The position numbers and the translations under genes were made by a program. DNA of 64,000 nucleotides from Escherichia phage FEC14, in the sequence record MG383452; one strand, written 5' to 3'. The notes beneath the pieces were generated by a model. The model saw nothing but the letters and a program-made list of their open reading frames with translations. It was not told the DNA's origin and did not search any database. Positions 58,635 to 64,000 of this stretch are shown in pieces; the first letter of the stretch is position 1, and every line of letters begins with the position of its first letter.

Positions 58635-61415
58635 TTAAATAGAAGAATCCAATATACGGTAACTAATTAACTTAGTAGGGTCTACAGGATTAATCAGGTT
58701 GTAGTACCGTGAAGCTACATAATCATTCTCAGAAGAGAACATACCAACATACACTTTAGCACCTACACCAGAACAGGCATCCCCACCAGCATTGCTATCC
58801 GAGAAGAATGTTAATGAAGAAGTTAATCCGAATATAGAATTAAATGGTACAGCTAAATAAGCGCCTCGGAATGACCGTCTGATTCTCTTACCCGTCTGAA
58901 TATTAAGAATACTCCACCAGAAATATCCAGGTTTAGCACCAATAGCTATATGATATGGCACACCACTTTGTAGTTTAAGGTCGTTAGGTAAATCCCCAGA
59001 TAAAATTTGGGTTGTACCATCGCCCCCCAATAGCAAAGCAATTGTTTGTTTTCCAGAAGCGTCTATAACTAATTGAAGATGAAGACTGTTGGATGTATCA
59101 CTAAACCCTGAACCAATGGCCATGAAGTTAAATACTTCAGCTCCAGATATGGTGGGTACTACAACAGCAGCCATGGTAATACCTTCTGGACCTGCTGTTC
59201 TTGAATACAGTAATTTATCTTTGTTGGCTTGTGATAGTCTCAGACCATTTACTTGCCCTACAGAAGATGGGACACTTACATAAACAGGTGTAGTGCTAAC
59301 ACCATCAAATGTAGGGGTCTCGTTCATGGTTTGCAAACCAGTCTTGGAATAATTAACCAATCCGTTAATGCTCAGGTCGGAATTGGTGGGGTTGATAATA
59401 TTGTTATCACCAATAAAGTTAATGCCCATATAACCAGTCTCAACCACACCATTAATGGTGACACTACAATCATTAGACAGGAACTGAAAATTGCCTGCAC
59501 TAGAGTTAGCACCTGAACCACTATTCGCGGCATAATTGAGTCCTACGAATCCGTTGATAACTGCATCACTTTTGTTAAATACGATGTTGTAGAAAGTGTT
59601 GTTAGCATTGATGCCGTTACGATTGGTGTTCAATCCGTTCATGGAAATTGAATATGACTCGCTAATCTCAATACCATTCCCGCCACAATCTTGTACCTCA
59701 ATACCATTAATAACCATATTCTGGCTGTTATTAATAGTAATGCCTGGAAACTGTCCTACTGTACCATAAGGTTGCCAGTTAGCCCAAATGAATTTACCGC
59801 CAATAATACGACCATTACCACAACCATCAAGAACTAGACATTGTTTACCGCAGGTATTAACCTGGATATTTGTCCAAGTCCAATCAGTAGTAGCACAACG
59901 GACACCCACCTGATTGATGTGGTTGACTAAAAGAGAATCTGTAGTAACACTAAAGTTACCACTATCAATATTTAACCCATATTCATCAAAACCTGCTATA
60001 TGGACCTTAGAAATACACAAGTCCCGTCTTGGGTCTGCGGTAGTGTGGAACGGATAATCGGCTGAGAGACCTGAAGGAGTTTCTACATAGATACCTGTTG
60101 TGCCCGCAGTAAATGACGTGCCTTGTTGTGCACCTGTGCCATATACCCCAAAGGCGTCTAATACAATAAGGGAGCATGTATCTTTTATGGTAATACAATT
60201 CCCAGTAGCAGAAGGCAACTGATGCAACCTTGAGTAATGTAATCCAGACCCATAAATAGACGACGTATTATATTTTAACTGGATATTGCTAACGTAATGT
60301 ACACCAGTTAATTGTGTGGCCTTACCACTATCCACACAAGATTGTACTGGAATAGTATCATCATTAGAACCACCCAAAGCACCAAACATGAATGGGTTAA
60401 CTCTATCAGCATTAACACGTAACCATGCTGCGCCGCCAACAGTTTTGATCACAGTACCGTTATTATCAGTCTTTCCTGTACCATCAATTAACGCACGGAA
60501 TACCCCTCCACCAAGAAGAGTACCCGCAGTGTGTTGCTTAAGAATAATGCGTTGTCCATCCATAGTGGGTTCAGTATTCCTGAGATCAGCAACAGAATGG
60601 CATTCTCCAATATACTTGGCACCATCATTGCGCCCCAGAGTGTTTATCACATTAATAAATGAATCTTCTAAAGGCAACAAATCAACCTGCACATCACCTG
60701 GGTTGTAATTCAATTTCCCAGCAGATACAGAAGAAATGACAGAACCATCAGGAATGGTTGGTAAACCATAACTGGTTTGCGTCGCTATATCATAAACAAC
60801 TTTCTTCCCATCCAACAAAGATATGGTGTCCGTACTAACGATGACTTCAGAGTCTTTTACATTAGCAGAACGGGCGATTTCTTGAATACTTCGGTCAAAC
60901 GCCGGACTGATATTCGGTTGTTTAACAGACATTTCAGCGACTACCCAAACGCCTGCAGTCAGTGCAGTTTGCAAAGACACTTTCCCTGTCGTGCTGTTAT
61001 AGGAATATTCAATTTCGGGTGTTTTGTACTCGCCACCGATATAAAGAGATTGGACACCATAGGATGTGAAATCAGGAGTGAACTCGGTTTCACCCCCTAC
61101 GGCTTGAAATTTGTATATGCGGATACCTTTGGCTGTATCTTCTGGCGAAAGAATTTTATCGAATAAGCAATACACAACATCGCCTTTGGACAATGCGCGC
61201 CCGAGATTCAACGTATTTCCTTCGATTTCAAAGTTGTCTAACGGAACTTGCATACCACCGTTGATTGTGACTACGCCAGTGACAGGATAGAACGGCAAGG
61301 AAAGGAAAGTTTCTCCACCAACATTTGATTTATACGTGAAAGGAATCTGGTGGGGAGCTGTGATTACGCCGCCGAATAATTCTTCTACATTTCTGGTCAT
61401 TTGAAAATACCCCAT
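58635..61415 (-). CDS. tailspike protein with parallel beta-helix (depolymerase-like) domain (926 aa)
   Basis: Repetitive Asn/Gly/Ile-rich rungs (e.g. NGIEISESYSISMNGLNTNRNGINANN) typical of right-handed beta-helices; distinct N-terminus from neighbours. Confidence 0.7.
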   Translation of the reverse strand: MGYFQMTRNVEELFGGVITAPHQIPFTYKSNVGGETFLSLPFYPVTGVVTINGGMQVPLDNFEIEGNTLNLGRALSKGDVVYCLFDKILSPEDTAKGIRIYKFQAVGGETEFTPDFTSYGVQSLYIGGEYKTPEIEYSYNSTTGKVSLQTALTAGVWVVAEMSVKQPNISPAFDRSIQEIARSANVKDSEVIVSTDTISLLDGKKVVYDIATQTSYGLPTIPDGSVISSVSAGKLNYNPGDVQVDLLPLEDSFINVINTLGRNDGAKYIGECHSVADLRNTEPTMDGQRIILKQHTAGTLLGGGVFRALIDGTGKTDNNGTVIKTVGGAAWLRVNADRVNPFMFGALGGSNDDTIPVQSCVDSGKATQLTGVHYVSNIQLKYNTSSIYGSGLHYSRLHQLPSATGNCITIKDTCSLIVLDAFGVYGTGAQQGTSFTAGTTGIYVETPSGLSADYPFHTTADPRRDLCISKVHIAGFDEYGLNIDSGNFSVTTDSLLVNHINQVGVRCATTDWTWTNIQVNTCGKQCLVLDGCGNGRIIGGKFIWANWQPYGTVGQFPGITINNSQNMVINGIEVQDCGGNGIEISESYSISMNGLNTNRNGINANNTFYNIVFNKSDAVINGFVGLNYAANSGSGANSSAGNFQFLSNDCSVTINGVVETGYMGINFIGDNNIINPTNSDLSINGLVNYSKTGLQTMNETPTFDGVSTTPVYVSVPSSVGQVNGLRLSQANKDKLLYSRTAGPEGITMAAVVVPTISGAEVFNFMAIGSGFSDTSNSLHLQLVIDASGKQTIALLLGGDGTTQILSGDLPNDLKLQSGVPYHIAIGAKPGYFWWSILNIQTGKRIRRSFRGAYLAVPFNSIFGLTSSLTFFSDSNAGGDACSGVGAKVYVGMFSSENDYVASRYYNLINPVDPTKLISYRILDSSI

Positions 61416-61434
61416 AAAGGATTTGCCAATATGG

Positions 61435-61441
61435 GGTATTT
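61435..61441 (-). promoter_or_regulatory. candidate late promoter CTAAATACCCCAT upstream of the 926-aa tailspike
   Basis: Part of an about 50-nt module nearly identical to that upstream of the 710-aa tailspike. Confidence 0.45.
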
Positions 61442-61505
61442 AGGCTGAACTAATAAAATTTATAATAAGATCCCCCCGCTTTTGGCGAGGAGGGATGGTT
61501 GTTAA

Positions 61506-63638
61506 TCATATCAATCCGTAAATGACATTGTGTATTGCGATACCACCAACAATAGAGGAAACATTGAAATTAATTTCAGCTTTGTAAGCTCCTGGCGGAA
61601 CGCAATCCACCAAAGCATAAAAGTTGAACGTGTTTCCTACTGGGATGTTATATCCTATGGAATCCGCGACAGCATTTCCTTGCTGGTCCAGGAATCTAAT
61701 TGATGCCAGGGTGGTGGTTGTATTTTTAGCCCAAAAACCAAGTTGAAAATAACGCCCAGGCTCACAGTCAATGATTGTCTGGGTGAAATTAGCCGCTGCA
61801 CCCACTGATGGTACGGATAAGACAAAAGAAGTTGAAAACATTAAATCATTAGGGACATCATTTCCTACAGTAGCGGTGACAACGCCGGATCCAGTTTGTG
61901 ACAGCGCCCAGTTAGATATATTATTAAACTGTCCTGAACCGTTACTAATACTGTTTATATGAGGGCTTACAATGCATCCTAAATCCCAGTTACTTGTGAT
62001 AAATCCTGCGCGTGGATAGCAACCTCTAGACATTACTTTTTTACTTAATCCGCCTATCAACTGCCTTGTGGCAAATCCAGTAGCAATCGTTGTATTCCCA
62101 TAGAGTGGTAGCGAACAATTATTTAGAATAACAACCCCATCCCCGTTGTTTACAATAGGTACTGTAGAATAATCATTTGGCAACAGTATCGTCGAATCAC
62201 TGATGCTTAATCGTGAACTACCATCCACAGTAAACCCAACGAAACTCTGACCTGGTTGATACTCAATGTTACCGTTTGTGAAAACCATAGTTGCGTTATC
62301 AGATAACGCGACAACAGGGTCAAAATATCCTGATTTTTTACCTGCTGGCAGAGAGCAGCTATCGAATATAAATTGACCATTAACAAACGTGAAAGGTCCA
62401 CCGTTGTCAACCATCCAACAATGATTAAATTTTATAACCTCACCGGAATTCGCTGGTGAATTGAAAATAACAGAATTTGTAAAACTTCTGGACAACGTAC
62501 ATTTATCAAAAAGAATACGATATGCATTATCAAGAAACTCAATTCCGGCAGTTGAGATAAACCCGCAATTAGATATTCTTAACTCTGAGACTTCTCCACT
62601 GGTAGAACCACCGATCGCCAATTTCCTGGTCCCTTTTCCAACAAATGACACTCCAGTCATTAACGCAGTTGCGTTAATTACATCTCTATTGGTGTAATCC
62701 GTGTCTGTATTAACAATGGTTAGATAGTAGCCGCCCGTTGCAGATGCAGATTCTATTAGAGTACATTTATTTTTTCCAATAAGTGCACCTTTTGCTATAT
62801 CAAAAATAATCGGTGTTGTTATCTCACCAGAAACAGGGACTACACAGTCAAATCCGACGGCATTTATTTTATTGATGAATATAGCCAAATCTCCGGTTCC
62901 TGTATAACCAGCTTCGTACACATCCACCACACCGTTGAATAATTTCCTTTTCCAAACGACACCATTGCCTTGGAAAGTAACGATATTATCTACCACAGTA
63001 TCTGAGTTAACAGCCACCATAACACCGCCACCAAGATTAAACCCGTCAACATACGAATCAAGAATTATAGAATCACCAATTAATCCTGCTATTGATGATA
63101 ATTCAGAAACTGATGATACGGTTCCTATATAAGATAAGCCATTCGGTTTATTTAAATTACTTTTCAGAGATGCAACACCAACACTCAACCATGCACCTAA
63201 ACCAACGCCACCAGATGTTTCAGGTGTTGAGCCAGCATCGACAGTTTTAGGAAGTGAACCATCCCATCGATATTTTTTATCATCGTGAACAAGAAGTTCA
63301 TTTTTCACATTAATGATATGGCCGAAATTAAAAGAACCAGGTAAAGTCACATATTCTTCGCGGCTTACTGCTAATTCCCCAAGGTCAACAGAGCCAGCGG
63401 AATGAGTGAGGATGGCTTGTTCGTTCAGGCTTATCGCAGTCGTTCCTGAAACAATACCCGAAGGAAGAGAATAAGCCCGTTGGGTAGACTCATCATAAAT
63501 TACTTTAAATCCACCGAGATCAATACCGACAGTGAAATAAATGACTTCGTCTTCTTTGACACCGAAATTTCGAGCGATAGATTGTTTGTTAACTTCTATG
63601 GAAGTGGAGCCGCGTGGTTGATTGAATTGAGAAATCAT
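61506..63638 (-). CDS. tailspike protein with beta-helix domain (710 aa), sharing N-terminal anchor domain with the 744-aa tailspike
   Basis: N-terminal about 150 aa about 60 percent identical to the 744-aa protein (QPRGSTS...KVIYDESTQRAYSLP...GSVDLGEL...YRWDGSLPK). Confidence 0.7.
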   Translation of the reverse strand: MISQFNQPRGSTSIEVNKQSIARNFGVKEDEVIYFTVGIDLGGFKVIYDESTQRAYSLPSGIVSGTTAISLNEQAILTHSAGSVDLGELAVSREEYVTLPGSFNFGHIINVKNELLVHDDKKYRWDGSLPKTVDAGSTPETSGGVGLGAWLSVGVASLKSNLNKPNGLSYIGTVSSVSELSSIAGLIGDSIILDSYVDGFNLGGGVMVAVNSDTVVDNIVTFQGNGVVWKRKLFNGVVDVYEAGYTGTGDLAIFINKINAVGFDCVVPVSGEITTPIIFDIAKGALIGKNKCTLIESASATGGYYLTIVNTDTDYTNRDVINATALMTGVSFVGKGTRKLAIGGSTSGEVSELRISNCGFISTAGIEFLDNAYRILFDKCTLSRSFTNSVIFNSPANSGEVIKFNHCWMVDNGGPFTFVNGQFIFDSCSLPAGKKSGYFDPVVALSDNATMVFTNGNIEYQPGQSFVGFTVDGSSRLSISDSTILLPNDYSTVPIVNNGDGVVILNNCSLPLYGNTTIATGFATRQLIGGLSKKVMSRGCYPRAGFITSNWDLGCIVSPHINSISNGSGQFNNISNWALSQTGSGVVTATVGNDVPNDLMFSTSFVLSVPSVGAAANFTQTIIDCEPGRYFQLGFWAKNTTTTLASIRFLDQQGNAVADSIGYNIPVGNTFNFYALVDCVPPGAYKAEINFNVSSIVGGIAIHNVIYGLI

Positions 63639-63670
63639 GATAATACCCCATAAAGGATGACCAATATGGG

Positions 63671-63677
63671 GTATTTA
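63671..63677 (-). promoter_or_regulatory. candidate late promoter CTAAATACCCCAT upstream of the 710-aa tailspike
   Basis: Second copy of the shared upstream module. Confidence 0.45.
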
Positions 63678-63708
63678 GTCTGAACTAATCAAATTTATGA
63701 ACAAAGGT

Positions 63709-63744
63709 ATAATAAGAACCCCGCCGAAGCGGGGTTCTTATTAT
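63709..63744 (-). terminator. extended palindrome ATAATAAGAACCCCGC-CGAA-GCGGGGTTCTTATTAT
   Basis: Third copy of the AACCCCGCCGAAGCGGGGTT hairpin, here with longer palindromic arms; 3' of a truncated upstream gene. Confidence 0.55.
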
Positions 63745-64000
63745 GATTCTATAATTTTATAGGATAGAGAAACATTACCATCAACTGGAGCAGCATCGAT
63801 TCCTGTCGGTCTTGTTGCGGTCTTAACCATGACACCAGCGATAGTTTGTCCAGCAGTTGCACCAATATACTTAGAGCAATTTACTGAATAAAATAATTGC
63901 CTGTATTCAATATTACCTTGAACCTCACTTAGAACAACATAGGCCGCACCAGCATTAACTGAACAGTTTGTGTGTATGTTTACCTTCTCCCCTGTGGACA
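63742..64000 (-). CDS. 3' end of a further minus-strand gene, probably another tailspike/tail fibre (5' part lies beyond the window)
   Basis: Hand translation of the open frame ending ...APVDGNVSLSYKIIES; C-terminus loosely resembles that of the 926-aa tailspike. Confidence 0.4.

Noticed and set aside
1-64000. Many plus-strand ORFs of 60 to 260 aa in the supplied track lying inside minus-strand genes
   Set aside because: They overlap confidently assigned genes on the opposite strand, lack RBS contexts and have low-complexity translations; treated as shadow ORFs
1-64000. CRISPR arrays or rRNA genes
   Set aside because: No regularly spaced direct repeats and no rRNA-like conserved segments were seen

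Overview
This window is about 64 kb of a T4-like myovirus genome with T4 core genes; it is phage DNA, not a bacterial chromosome. Almost every gene is on the minus strand, and the assignments below come from reading the translated ORFs against remembered T4 protein sequences and motifs, not from any database search. Reading minus-strand transcription from high to low coordinates: a run of at least four tailspike/tail-fibre genes (63.7-56.3 kb), a 1612-aa structural protein, then a T4-ordered late block gp13-gp14-gp15-gp16(TerS)-gp17(TerL)-gp18(sheath)-gp19(tube)-gp20(portal)-gp67/68-gp21(protease)-gp22(scaffold)-gp23(major capsid), with no gp24. After a stretch of small ORFs come uvsY, a PD-(D/E)xK nuclease and uvsW, a roughly 320-bp AT-rich intergenic region, then gp45-gp44-gp62-regA. 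Where T4 carries DNA polymerase gp43, this phage has three large uncharacterised ORFs (318, 418 and 672 aa). Further downstream lie a vWA-domain protein, an ACP-like protein, secreted and lipoprotein genes, an HU-like protein, a DinG/XPD helicase, RNase HI, gp55, gp47, gp46 and a secreted lytic transglycosylase. The most notable observations are a mini-intein splitting the Walker A motif of the large terminase, a free-standing GIY-YIG homing endonuclease between gp18 and gp19, a recurring CTAAATA motif upstream of late genes, an identical terminator hairpin reused three times, and modular tailspikes, one with a sialidase-like domain. No rRNA, tRNA or CRISPR array was found. CDS boundaries follow the supplied ORF track unless stated; small motif coordinates are hand-counted and may be off by a few nucleotides.
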